Shown: positions 36,344-48,222 of the stretch, one piece after another
How the letters are laid out: each line of letters opens with the position of its first letter
Numbering within the stretch: position 1 is the first letter of the stretch
Assembly (NCBI RefSeq): GCF_000203815.1
Contig: NW_004457624.1
Location: forward strand, 3,122,354 to 3,186,353
DNA: 64,000 nt
Direction of reading: 5' to 3'
Source of the DNA: Dictyostelium fasciculatum
Taxonomy: Eukaryota
Made by a program: the position numbers and the translations under genes
Notes under the pieces: model-generated
What the model saw: only the letters and a program-made list of their open reading frames with translations
Told to the model about the DNA's origin: nothing
Databases searched by the model: none

Positions 36344-38061
36344 ATGAAATTATTTAATCATCAATTTAAAACAACAATTATCACATTGGTATTATTGTTG
36401 TTGGTGATATCTAATACGATCAATGCATTTGATAGCAATGAAAAAGTAAGAGATGATCTACATCCATACATTATGGCACATACAGAAGGAGTAAAGGACA
36501 TGCGACATGGTCAATATGGTATGTATAGTTTTTAGAAATTATATTATTATTATATTTATTATTAATGTATCATTTTTTTTTTTTAGCATTTGCATTTTAT
36601 GGTTCTTTGGGTGCACAGGGTGGTGCATTTCCATTGAATCGATTTAAAAGTTTAGATTTGACAACTCTAGGAACATCATATTATGTTTGTGATATCAACA
36701 ATTTTAGATATTTTAAACAAGAAGAAGAAATTACCGTAAAGAACCCTATCAATTATAAAATTGTACGACAAGTGACCAAAGCACCTCCTATAGTGGCTGC
36801 ACCCATCGCAGTGTTACAAACCATCTCTAAAATCACCACCTCACCTATCACTCGGAAAGTGTCATCATCAAATCGCTTGGTTATTTCAAAGATCCTCTTT
36901 ACTCCTTCCCCAAACTGGTATACCAACCCATTCGATACCTCTACACTCAGTATCATCCATGTTCTGTTTGTACAACCAAAATATTAAACAGCAGCTTTGT
37001 CAATGATATGATCAATGATAACATTCGAATTAGAAATTTAAATGGACGTGGAGCCATGTTAAAACCACTACCACCAACCACCCCCATCGCTTACAAGATA
37101 AACAGTGAAGAAACGGTCACCAACCTTTTATTGCCAAAAAATATAGAAAACGAACGTCTTTATCTATCGTTTTCTCGACAATGGGATATTGACTATTGCC
37201 ATTATATCAATATTCTCCAACTCAGTGCCCCTACTCGAGGTATCCAGGTAGTGTCGGCTGCCACTAATCGGTATGGTGATAGACACGTCGGATATCAATC
37301 GACACTGGTGACAGAACTAGAGAGAAGTTCAATGATCAACATAAGACGACCAGATGGATCTATAGTGTCTGAACTATTCACTTTTCCAACGACTTTTAAA
37401 TCCCGTGAATTCAACTGGCAGTATCTAATCAATCAGGCATTTGATTTTTTCATTACCAACAAAGTTGAAAACTTTAGATCATTTGAAAATTGGAAGATAT
37501 TTCTTGACTCTGCTGGATATCAAGATCCATTTCCTCAAATTGTAAAGAAAGCACTTATCAAAACACAGAAAGCAGATTGGTAAGAAATTTAAAAAAAAAA
37601 AAGATTAGAATATAAAGAATATTTTTTTTAACTCTCTCTTTTTTCATTTCTTTCAATTATTTAGTAAATGGTCACAAATGATTCAAAGAGTAAAAGGAAG
37701 TGGAAAACAATTGATGTTCCTTAAAGAAACAGTGATTCCAATTGACCCTCCTTTTGATGTTTCCGAGCCAACTTGCAAACCAAATGCCCCTTGGAAAATG
37801 TTTCCTTGTTTAAAGACACCACTACCAAACTTTGTAAAGGACCCCAACAATCCCACATTTGATTGTGACATTACCGCTCAATTCCGAGACCAGTGGAAAG
37901 AAGCTATCATCGAATCAGCTACACAAAATGGAAAGATACCACCAGCAGATCCAACAAAATTTATCGATGAAAAAACGGAAGAGTTCAAAGTAGGATTTCA
38001 ATCATTTTATTCAAATGATAAAAGAAATGGTGTCATTGAATGTGCTAAACTAAATAAATAA
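36344..38061 (+). pseudogene. Secreted-protein family 'S', copy B. A single 1-nt deletion near 36851 shifts the frame; this is either a very recent pseudogene or a sequence error. Exons: 36344..36518, 36587..37579, 37665..38061.
   Basis: B is near-identical to copy C. B has tcaccTATCACTCGG where C has tcaccCTATCACTCGG. After that point B reads …PITRKVSSSNRLVISKILFTPSPNWYTNPFDTSTLSIIHVLFVQPKY* and stops. Restoring one C rejoins the frame of ORF 37008..37583 (MINDNIRIRNLNGRGAML…). Donors are GTATGT at 36519 and GTAAGA at 37580; the acceptor is TATTTAG at 37664. Confidence 0.5.
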
Positions 38062-38487
38062 ATAAATAAATAATAAGAAATGAAATACCTAAATAAAAAA
38101 ATAAATATTAATTTTTTTAAAAAGAACTTTAAAAAGTCGTCATTTAAAAAATTGTGTTGTTGCACGACATTGTCAATAGTATTACACAAACACATACAAA
38201 TGAAGTGATAATAAGATATCTGGATATAATCTAAACCACATAGATTAATAACGATGACATTAATGGGTTTTGATAAGCCAATCGATTGTACAAGCCCAAC
38301 CTAATGCACAAAGAGATGCGTGTTGGGTTGGGTTGCTTTGAACACGACAGGTAGGCTGATTCGGGTAAGGCCTCACTCGATTCGGTGAAGACTCTCTTGT
38401 TCTTCTTTAAATAAAAGTGTCAACTCATCAGCAGTCTGCTCAAATCAACTTCAATCGATCAATCAAACAAATAATAATTATAGAATA

Positions 38488-40230
38488 ATGAAATTATTTA
38501 ATCATAAATTTAAAACAACAATTACTTTGATCACATTGGTATTATTGTTGTTGGTGATATCTAATACGATCAATGCATTTGATAGCAATGAAAAAGTAAG
38601 AAATGATCTACATAAATACATTATGGCACATACAGAAGGAGTAAAGGACATGCGACATGGTCAATATGGTATGTATATAGTATAGTAATATTCTATAGTT
38701 TTGAATTGTCATTATTATATCATTATTTATTAATAATGTATCATTTTTTTTAGCATTTGCATTTTATGGGTCTTTGGGTGCACAAGGTGGTGCATTTCCA
38801 TTGAATCGATTTACAAGTTTAGATTTGACAGCCCAAGGAACATCATATTATGTTTGTGATATCAACGATTTTAGATATTTTAAAGAAAAAGAGGAAATTA
38901 TAGTAAAGAACCCTATAAATTATAACATTATACGAGAGGAGACCAACCAACCTCCTATAGTGGCAGCACCCATCACAGTGTTACAAACCATGTCTAAACT
39001 CACCACCTCACCCTATCACTCGGAAAGTGTCATCATCAAATCACTAGGTTATTTCACAGATCCTAATTACCCCAAACCCAAACTGGTATACCAACCCATT
39101 CGATACCTCTACACTCAGTATCATCCATGTTCTGTTTGTACAACCAAAATAATGAACAGCAGCTTTGTCAATGATATGACCAATGATAACATTCGAATAA
39201 GAAATTTAAATGGACTTGGAGCTATGTTACCATCCACACCACCACCAACCACCCCCATCGCTTACAAGATAAACAGTGAAGAATCGGTCACCAACCTTTT
39301 ATTACCAAGTGATACATCAAAAGAACGTCTTTATCTATCGTTTTCTCGACAATGGGATATTGACTATTGCCACTATATCAACATTCGCAAACTTGCCGCT
39401 AAACCAGGTATCCAGGTAGTGTCGGCTGCTACTAATCGGTATGGTGATAGACACGTCGGATATCAATCGACACTAGTGACAGAACTAGAGAGAAGTTCAA
39501 TGATCGACACGAGACGACCAGATGGATCTATAGTATCTGAACTATTCACTTTTCCAACGACTTTTAAATCCCGTGAATCCAACTGGCAGTATCTAATCAA
39601 TCAGGCATTTGATTTTTTCATTGCCAACAAAGTTGAAAACTTTAGATCCTTTGAAAGTTGGAAGGCATTTCTTGACTCTGCTGGATATCAACAGCCATTT
39701 TATCAAATTGTAGAAAAGGCACTCGTCGGCACAAAAAGAGAAGATTGGTAAGTTGAAACTTCTAGGAGCATGTCAATCTTTAGAGTAAAAATTCTAAATC
39801 TTTTTTTTTTTTTTTTTTTTTTTTATCATCTACTATTAGTGATTGGTCACAAACCATTCAAAGAGTAAAAGGAGGCAAAGGATTAATGTTATTTAAAGAA
39901 ACAATGATTCCAATTGACCCTCCTTTTGATGTTTCCGAACCAACTTGCAAACCAAATGCCCCTTTGAAAAAGTTTCCTTGTTTAAAGACACCACTACCAA
40001 ACTTTGTAAAGGACCCCAACCCCATTCAGAAACCTGATTGTGTTATTACCAGTCAGTTCCGTGATCGATGGAACGAAGCTATCATCGAATCTGTTACACA
40101 AACAGGAAAACCAACCCCATCAACTCTGTTTATCGATGAAAAAACGGAAGAGTTCAAAGTAGGATTTAAATCATTTTATTCAAATGTTCAAAAAAATGTT
40201 GCTATTGATTGTGCTAAAAGAAATAGCTAA
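38488..40230 (+). CDS. Secreted-protein family 'S', copy C (intact; signal peptide; 3 exons: 38488..38668, 38754..39747, 39840..40230). Function unknown.
   Basis: MKLFNHKFKTTITLITLVLLLLVISNTINA… with donor TATG|GTATGT, and acceptor TTTTTAG|CATTTGC giving …AFYGSLGAQGGAFPLNRF…LYLSFSRQWDIDYCHYINIRKLAAKPGIQVVSAATNRYGDRHVGYQS…KREDC, with donor TG|GTAAGT. The acceptor TATTAG|T gives …DWSQTIQRVKGGKGLMLFKETMIPIDPPFDVSEPTCKPNAP…CAKRNS*. All junctions are frame-consistent. Confidence 0.65.
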
Positions 40231-41249
40231 AATAAAATTTATTAGACAAACTTATCAAAAAATATTAATAAATAAAATTAATTTTTCAGTGTAACTCTGC
40301 AGAGAATGCCTCTCCTCTCAATTGTAGAAATAATATTATACATATATTTTTCAACTCAAAAAAACAACAACAACAATTTAATAATATATTTAGAATAAAG
40401 TGTACTCCTTCCTCGGCATTGAAAGATGCAGTACGATGATTGCATTTCAAGGTCTAAAATTCAAATCAAAACAAAGTACTACTGGTGGATCGATACACAA
40501 CATCAACCCAACAACAGAAAAAAAATTAAAATAATTAAAGTAAATTATTTTTAGATTAAATATTAATATTTATTAATAGAATTATTCAAAGGTTTTTTTT
40601 TTGAATTTTTATTTACAAATATCACCAGTACATTTTAATTTTCTTAAATGTTTTGTTTTTCTGTCTGGTGCTGGAAGTTGATCTTTATCACTCTCGCTAA
40701 GCTTTTGATAAACTCGATGATATGATCTATAGTTTACTCATAGGTTAATTGTAAAAGGTTTTTTTGATAGAAAAAAACAATAAAACGTCATACCAATGGA
40801 AAAAAATGAAAGATTGTATATCTTGTGCCACATAAAGTTATCAATGTTCATCACTTTACAAATGTTCAAATATCCATTGCATTGTTTTTCATTGCCATCC
40901 AAAGATATTTTTCTGTGTAAATAAATAAGGGCGGAACTAAATCTTGCAATCTTTTAAATTGATCCAAATTATCATTGCTAAAAAAGGTTCCATCATTTTT
41001 TGACAAAAACTCTTTTACCTCTTCATCAGAGCTTTGTTTTAAAAGAATTGCAAGTTCTTTGATGGTTGATTGTTCAATTTCATTGTATCGATATTTTGGG
41101 TAAATGTATTGATATCTGAATATTGACGATCGTTACCAAAACCATTTCCAAAAGTAATAATGTCCTTGTGATCTTTTAAAAGATTCGCCAACACGATAAA
41201 CTTTTCAAGTGATCCATAATGACCAAAATGTAAATTCTTTTTTGGGTTG

Positions 41250-41581
41250 TGTAATAACTATATAGATACTTGGTAAATATATAATTAGTCAATGATATTT
41301 CATCTATTTATCAACATACTTAATCCTGGTGCCAAATATAGAAAGTATGCTGGATAAAATACTAACGCCTAAACTATTGTCGGTTAGGCGTCTCGAACAA
41401 CAAACTATAAAAGACCAATGAAATCAATAAACATTAATTCATCTTTTATTACTATAATTAATAATCATTTACAATCTAAAGTCATTATTACTATCTATAT
41501 ATTCATATATCTATATATTATTATTATTATATACCTCTCAAACTAATTATATATTTACCAAGCATCTATATAGTTATTACA
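41250..41581 (+). mobile_element. LTR-like or TIR-bearing repeat unit (332 bp) with a 19/20-bp terminal inverted repeat TGTAATAACTATATAGATAC…GCATCTATATAGTTATTACA; solo copy
   Basis: The termini are seen directly. The internal sequence is shared with 17392..17767 and with the arms of 48223..48405. There is an internal palindrome (acgcctaaactattgtcggttaggcgt). Confidence 0.6.
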
Positions 41582-41779
41582 TCCCTTATCTTTAACAAAT
41601 TTCTCTAAAAGTACATCTTGATATGAGCTTTGTTCATCTACTACAGCTTGATGTGTGATTTGTTCATCTACTTTTACATCTTTATCTTTTGTGTAGGTAA
41701 GCAATTTCAGAATAGACCACCTAAATAAATAAATAAATAAAATAAAAGTTATTATTTTAAATTTTTCGATTCAATATAG

Positions 41780-42500
41780 TTCTTTAAAAAGTTTGTATAT
41801 TTACAATTCTCCAAATTGGTAACAATTTCATAATATATTGATAATGAATGTTATCCTTGTCCCATTGTCTAGAGGAAAAAAATAAAAAAAAAAGTTAAGT
41901 TAGTTTTGGTTTGTTATTGAAAAATATATATATATAAAAACAATAATATCCTTCATACCTAGAAAATGCAAGAAAGAGCTGGTTATTATTTTCTTTGTTT
42001 AGGACTGGAATATTTCTAACGACAGAGTTACTCGATAGAGGTTCCCCAAGTTTTTTAGGATTCAATCGATGATCATTACCTTTTTCTAATGTTATTACGT
42101 CTTTATAGTTTGGGTTACCTTTTAGACCTTTGTTTTCTCTGTATTCTAAAGTGGCTGGTTCAGTAAGGTAAGTGATAGACACCTTGTAATCTAGTTCATA
42201 ATTACCAAACTCTTGTTTAAACTTTTCAAAGTCGGTATGTGTAGTGGCACAAATTCATCTTTGAGTTGTGGGTTCTTTAGAATCTTCCAATCCTTTTTAA
42301 CAATGGCTCTTCTTGTTTTCTCTTTTGATCAAATTCTTTTTTTTTATCTCTCTCGTCCATGAGTATCGCTCTATCTTCTCCTGGTTTGAGTTTTTTAAAG
42401 GTAATTTGGTATTCGTTATCTGTTTTGAAAAGGGAAAATCGGTTAATATCAAATTTGCAATGCGAGGTACAAAATTTATAAATTTTAAACATTCCATCAA
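41780..42500 (-). pseudogene. Secreted-protein family 'S', copy D: a divergent, inverted fragment that ends at the LTR-like element
   Basis: Minus-strand pieces give …CKFDINRFSLFKTDNEYQITFKK… (compare C: FPLNRFTSLDLT…YYVCDINDFRYFKEKEEI) and …NNQLFLAFSR|GTATGA…TCTAG|QWDKDNIHYQYIMKLLPIWRIVNIQTF* (compare C: RLYLSFSRQWDIDYCHYINI). It stops early, and the reading is followed at once by the repeat at 41250..41581. Confidence 0.45.
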
Positions 42501-43145
42501 TTTTTTTTTTGCATTATATCATTGTTGATGCTACTCACATAGAGACTACTAGCTAGCTTGGCAGTGCAGTGTTGACAAGGGAAAAATAGGAAAACAGGAA
42601 AATATCTTTGCCTTTCATTTGCGAGTTTACAGCATCACCATAATAACCTAGGTATTTCAATATTGTTGGTTCACTGTGGTAGGGAGTGCTTTTGAAATTG
42701 TTGATCACCATCTTTGGTTTGGCTTGATCTGTTTCACCAAATTGAAAAATATCCCTTTTTTTTCTTACTGGCTCTGAAATGACACCTTGATTTGAATCTT
42801 GTTGACTTGATTCTTGAATGTACTGTAGGCAAAGTCAAAACAGAAAATTGTGTAGATATTCGGATAGGAAAGGTTGGTAGTTTGGTGCAAAATTCAATCT
42901 CGTCTGGAATCTTACTCTCCTGCTTTTTCTTTTCCTCCACTTTTTGAACTGTAATCTCACTCTTTTCCTTTTTATTTTCCTCCTCTGTTTGAACTGGAAT
43001 CTTACTCTTCTCCTCTTCCTTCTTTTCCCCCTCTTTTTGAATACACACTAGGTTCTTGAAAGAGTTGATCAGAACTTTGTTGTCGATTGAATATTGATCA
43101 CCATGACCCACATTGGATAAAAAACAAACAAGAATCAACAAGGTA

Positions 43146-43324
43146 ACAAATTGGCAACAAATTGGCAACAAATTGGCAACAAATTGGCAACAAATTGGCA
43201 ACAAATTGGCAACAAATTGGCAACAAATTGGCAACAAATTGGCAACAAATTGGCAACAAATTGGCAACAAATTGGCAACAAATTGGCAACAAATTGGCAA
43301 CAAATTGGCAACAAATTGGCAACA
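43146..43324. repeat. 11-bp tandem repeat (AACAAATTGGC)n, about 16 copies, perfect
   Basis: Seen directly. It abuts the 3' end of tRNA-Thr (43329). Track ORFs 42734..43336, 43098..43485 and 43113..43405 are read-throughs of this array. Confidence 0.9.
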
Positions 43325-43328
43325 AGGA

Positions 43329-43401
43329 TGGCCCAAAGGAGATTCGAACTCCTGACCTTCGGTTTACAAGACCGACGCTCTGCCGCTAGAGCTATTGGGC
43401 C
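43329..43401 (-). tRNA. tRNA-Thr (anticodon UGU), 73 nt
   Basis: The reverse complement GGCCCAA-TA-GCTC-TAGCGGCA-GAGC-G-TCGGT-CTTGTAA-ACCGA-AGGTC-AGGAG-TTCGAAT-CTCCT-TTGGGCC-A is a perfect cloverleaf. Confidence 0.85.
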
Positions 43402-43526
43402 TTGAATTTGCGGTTTTTTGCCCTGTTTGGACCCTAATTTAACCCCACGGGCAAGTTTTTCAATATGGCAGAGCGAAAAGATCAAAAGGTCATATAATCA
43501 CTTTTTGATGCATTATGTCTCAATAT

Positions 43527-43572
43527 CCTTCGGTTTACAAGACCGACGCTCTGCCGCTAGAGCTATTGGGCC
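43527..43572 (-). pseudogene. tRNA-Thr 5'-half pseudocopy (acceptor through anticodon stem) with about 45 bp of duplicated upstream flank
   Basis: ccttcggtttacaagaccgacgctctgccgctagagctattgggcc is identical to 43356..43401. The following ttgaatttgcggttttttgccctgtttgg(a/t)ccctaatt is also duplicated (43402..43445 against 43573..43616). Confidence 0.7.
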
Positions 43573-45238
43573 TTGAATTTGCGGTTTTTTGCCCTGTTTG
43601 GTCCCTAATTTTTTCTTGGCCAAAAATTCCTTCCCCTATGGCATCATGAATAGATGTTTGGTTCATTTGGCTACTATTTTAATAGGAGCCTCCTCAATTT
43701 CAATTTTTTTTAAATTGTACATTCAAATATCAACCCTGTTCATTTGAATGTCTCGGTACGGAGACTTGTGACGACGATCCCCACTTCCGCGCCGTTGCAT
43801 AATAAATTAAATTTTTTCAGTGCACAGATTTCCAATTTAAGTAAAGTATCAAAAAGAAAATGAGAGATTAAAAGGAAAAGAAATGATGACACCAACAAAA
43901 AATCATGATAAATAATAATATTAACATCAACAAAAGTAAGAAAATAGATTTCATCCTTTCCTACAACCCTGCCACCTACATTTTAAAATCCTGCAAATGG
44001 AGTCATGAAGTTTGGATGGAAAAGATAAACAAGAAGAAAAGATAGTTTTTGATAACTCAATAGACCTAAATCTTTGGTACTTTCAGATAGAACTTGAAGT
44101 GGTTACAACAAACCATTTGTTCTGCTCTTAGCCACCCACTCACCAAATTATATGTCGACCTTTTTTTTTTTAAAAATAATATTAACCATTGACCACACTC
44201 ATACAATTTAAATAAAAAAAAACACTAGTGTAAAAAATCATTGGCAAATGAACAGACAGAGATCATCAAGTATTTAGTTTATTATAATATCAAAGACAAA
44301 AGATATTCAATCATGTTGTGAAGAAGAGATAAACAATATTGATTGATGTGAGAATAACATGAGAAAAAAGGAAAGGATATTGTAAAGTTAACGAGGTGGT
44401 GTTGGAAGTCATGACTGCAGCTATGATATCTAGTATATTTATAATTGATAATGACGTATGAACTTTGTTATTTTTATTCATTGATTGACTTTTAGCCTAA
44501 CAATTTATATCTTTCAAATAGTTTATACTTATGCTCAACCGCATCTCAACACCAAACTGAATATCCTATTCACCATAGTACACCAACATGTTGTAATATC
44601 TATTGCAATGATTTGTCATGGTTCAAAACCAAACTTTCATATCACCAACACAACATCCTCCTCTTACCTGCAATCATTGATTCACCTGTTGGCACATTGG
44701 ATAGGTTGGATGGATGAATTTTGGATAGAATGACCAGAGACTGCTGAAAGTTGGGATAGATTCTCTAAAGAAAATAAAATTGGAAAGAAGAAGAGAGATG
44801 GAATTGAAAGATAGAAATGTTAGCACTATACATAGATTGATGAAAAATAATTGTAGAGTGTTGGATGGATGACAATGATTTCGTCGACAACATACTGAAC
44901 AACATATTATAATTATAGGTAAATAGAATGATTTTAATTAATAATTTTTAATTTGATAAACTTACTACTACTTTATTTATAGTTTTAAAGCAACCATTAT
45001 TACTCTAAAAATCAAATCAAAAATCCAAAACTATATTAAATATTCCTATTTTAGAATTGGGGGTATTAGGTAATCATTTTAGAATAATACTTGGGGTTTT
45101 TGATTGATTTTAACAATGGTTTTAGAACTATAAATATTCTACTTTACTTTCTTTTAAATTCATCAATTCAACAAAAGTATACAAATAATATTATTACTAT
45201 TAAAAAAAAAAAAACATTTTATTCTTTTCAATTATAAT

Positions 45239-47106
45239 ATGATTGGTATGTATACAATGAACAAGTACGATTATATAATTAATATATTTACATTTATTAA
45301 CCTTTTCTTTTCTCATTTCTTTTCTCTTTTCATTTCTTTAGAAAACCCATCACCAACTTGCGATAATGAAGGAACCAATCAAAATGTGACCATGGAAAGT
45401 TGTTCAGATGCTCTTCAAGCACCACCAGGTCCATTTGTTTTGCCAACAGAACTTGAATGTGATTGCAAAAAACAAAAGGCACAATGTCAAGTCTGCAAGT
45501 AAGATCTTTGATTATATTATATAATTATTAATAATTAAAATCACTTTATTACTTTTACTAACCTTTTTTTTTTCTCTTTACAGATTTAGTATATCAATTC
45601 AACAGAAGAGTTGATACTCTACACAAATCTCTCGTTATTGATAGTTCTCGTCGTGATATGCACTCCAAGATTGGAGATCATGAGATCGATGTTGTCGATC
45701 TAAACAACATTCGAGAAAAGGAGAAGGGGCTTTGCGCTGTCTCTAGTGCCTACATGGTGGACGAACCACTCTCTGACTGCCAGTCCAGCTTGGATCGTTT
45801 TCGCGACAGCACAAATTACCTACAGGATAACATCCGTCTGGTATGTCGCGAATTCAACACCAATGCCAAGTGGACCACTGACCTACTTAGATCAATTGGT
45901 TTCGAAAGTGAATTCAACCAGTCTTTTGCCGACCCCTCTTTTGACGAACTCAAAGAATTGTTTATCTCCAACAAGGTGGAGAGTTATCTCAAGTCGCTTT
46001 GGAGAAATGCCAAGGAAAATAATGACAAACGTAATGGTCTACGAACAAGAGATCTGGACAATCCAATGGGATTTGACATTACGGTACCCTTTCTCACTCG
46101 TCTCTGGCTCTTTTTAAAGGCAAGATGTTACTATTCTGGCATCGATTTTGAATACACGCCTCATGTGATTATCGATCAAGTATCCAAAGTCGTCAAGCCC
46201 CAACCTGTCCAACCAGTGGCCGAGTCTCAACCAGTGGCCAAGATCCAATCCATCAACTATGATGACCTCCTTGACGAAGAGATATCTGACGACCAAGACC
46301 TCTCTGACCTCTCTGATGACGAGGACCTTTCTGACCACGCCGCCGCCAATCGATCTACCTCTACTGGTCAATCCACCTCCAACGGTCAATCCAAGGATGA
46401 GGTAATCACCAGAGTGAAATCCCCAAATCCTTACAAGTTGTCAATTGAACGTCTTGATCCCACACTGGGATATCTTCAATCCAACACGGTTCTCATTCTG
46501 TATTGCTTCCAATCAGGTGTGACCACCAGTTACCACAAGAACAATTTGGTCAAGCAACAACTCAAAGCTGCCCAAGACCACTTGGATTCATTGCTCAAGC
46601 AACCGTTGGACTCGCAAGATCCGTTGGAGATTAAAAGATTGCAAGATATTGTTACCAGACTTGGTAAATATCGTGGTTTTTTTGGTAATTGGTCCAAGAT
46701 GAAGCTCTCGTACTTTTTGGCTTGTGACAAGTTGGCCCAGGAGAATCGACACAGTGAAATTGTTTCATTTGAATGTTATCAATCTCAAGTTTCATTTGAG
46801 CATTTTGACCAACTTGACAAGCAGAGATTGGATTGGTTGGAAACCGTGAGACACCTCTCTCGACCCATTCTTTATACACCAGAAAGAATGTTGGAGCTTA
46901 GAGAGGAGCGTTATCAAGATAAGAAGCATTTGCTTCCACGCGTCGAACAACCCAAACAAGTGGTACTTGGAAAAGATCTATGGCCTGAATTATATGCCAC
47001 CAAACCATTACCAAATATCAACCCACAGGACTTGTATGACTCTCTTCCAGCAAGCATTCGCAATGAACTATTTTCAAATGATGATGATGAAATGACTGAT
47101 GTTTAA
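45239..47106 (+). CDS. Hypothetical protein, family 'X' paralog. Three exons: 45239..45245, 45342..45498, 45584..47106. The phase at the last junction is unresolved.
   Basis: ATGATTG|GTATGT gives a micro-exon. Then TTTCTTTAG|AAAACCC…PGPFVLPTELECDCKKQKAQCQVCK ends with donor AA|GTAAGA. The intron has a TACTAAC branch site and a TTTACAG acceptor at 45583. Downstream, …DLVYQFNRRVDTLHKSLVIDSSRRDMHSKIGDHEID…LCAVSSAYMVDEPLSDCQSSLDRFRD…CREFNTNAKWTTDLLR… is colinear with 16181..16877. The exon 2/3 phases differ by 1 nt, so either a GC donor at 45495 is used or there is a frameshift. Confidence 0.5.
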
Positions 47107-47587
47107 GTTCATTTCAACTTGTAAATCTACTACTTTCACCTTTAATTTTTTTAAATTAATAATTGTTTTAATAAAATGTTAAATAAAAATCACAAAAAAT
47201 ATATAATTTGTTTGTGGCGACCACAATTATCATAAACAGGTGATTTCTATACCCTCCAACTTTTCAATTGAAATAAATAAAACCAGAATAAATATTTATT
47301 TATTTATTTAAAAATTTCAATTTTTTTTTTTTTTTTTGTTGGAAATTAAAACAATAAAACTATGATAATTAAAGCAATTATAAATGTAATGGTACAAGAT
47401 AAAGAAGAAGAAGAAGAAGAAGAGGTGATTGCCAAAGTTTGTTGTGGTTTCAAAACTAAATATGGAAAAAAAATAAAATTAATATTAATATTTTGAAATA
47501 TTTTTTTATTTTTTTCATACCTTTTAAAATAGTAGTATTCAATGTAATTGTTTGTTGATCAATTGAATCTGGAAGTGATGTAACTTT

Positions 47588-47863
47588 TTAACGAATAGTA
47601 TATTGAGAGATCAATGTTTCTTTGGTCAAACCAACAAAACATGGTTTTGGAGTTGTATCTTGTTGACAATAGATTGTATCATTGACAAGGACAGTGTAGA
47701 ATGTTTGACTGTTGTTGTTTTGTCGTGAAGCATATTCAATGACAAATTGAGAATTATCATATTGATATGCTTTTAGGCCGGTGATGTTGACATTATTGGG
47801 TGTAAAATTGAAATAGGATGAATATAATGTTTTATATCCATTGATACCAAATACTTTGACCAT
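47588..47863 (-). CDS. Hypothetical small Cys-containing protein fragment or ORF (may be the 3' part of a gene split by the retroelement)
   Basis: ORF of 91 aa, plausibly extending upstream in frame (…NVQLQPNTFY). It has N-glycosylation-like sites and Cys residues. There is no domain call. Confidence 0.25.
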   Translation of the reverse strand: MVKVFGINGYKTLYSSYFNFTPNNVNITGLKAYQYDNSQFVIEYASRQNNNSQTFYTVLVNDTIYCQQDTTPKPCFVGLTKETLISQYTIR

Positions 47864-48222
47864 GTAAAATGTGTTGGGTTGGAGTTGAACATTGGATCTA
47901 TTACACTTTTCATGTGAAAGAGGTCATATAATCATCTCCTACAACATCAACCAATTCCAATAAAGCTGATCTTGATCCAATACCAACAACTCTAACATTA
48001 AATTTTAATTCTTTACAAATAGAAAAAAAGAAAAAGATAGAATAGTTATTAATAAAATTATTCTTTTTGATATTTAAATTTACAAACCTTGATAAATATG
48101 AAAATTTAAACCAAGAGGTAGTTTTCGAGATAGGAAACCATCACAATCAGCAACAAAATTAAACTTTCGAGTATAGTTACTGAAACCTGCCAACGTATGA
48201 TCAATGAAGAGACTGGTAGTAT

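Noticed and set aside
40780-41250. Minus-strand coding-like stretch (…GHYGSLEKFIVLANLLKDHKDIITFGNGFGNDRQY…, …EQSTIKELAILLKQSSDEEVKEFLSKNDGTFFSNDNLDQFKRLQDLVPPLFIYTEKYLWMAMKNNAMDI)
   Set aside because: It is broken into at least three frames with no start codon. It is probably a decayed gene fragment next to the LTR-like repeat and is too uncertain to call.
43098-43485. ORFs 42734..43336, 43098..43325, 43113..43405, 43135..43485 and 43151..43405, with repetitive peptides (CCQFVANLLPI)n or (ATNWQQIGNKL)n; also a CRISPR-like look of the regular array
   Set aside because: They are translations of the 11-bp tandem repeat in various frames. The array has no spacers, so it is a minisatellite and not a CRISPR array. 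The tRNA-Thr overlaps some of them.
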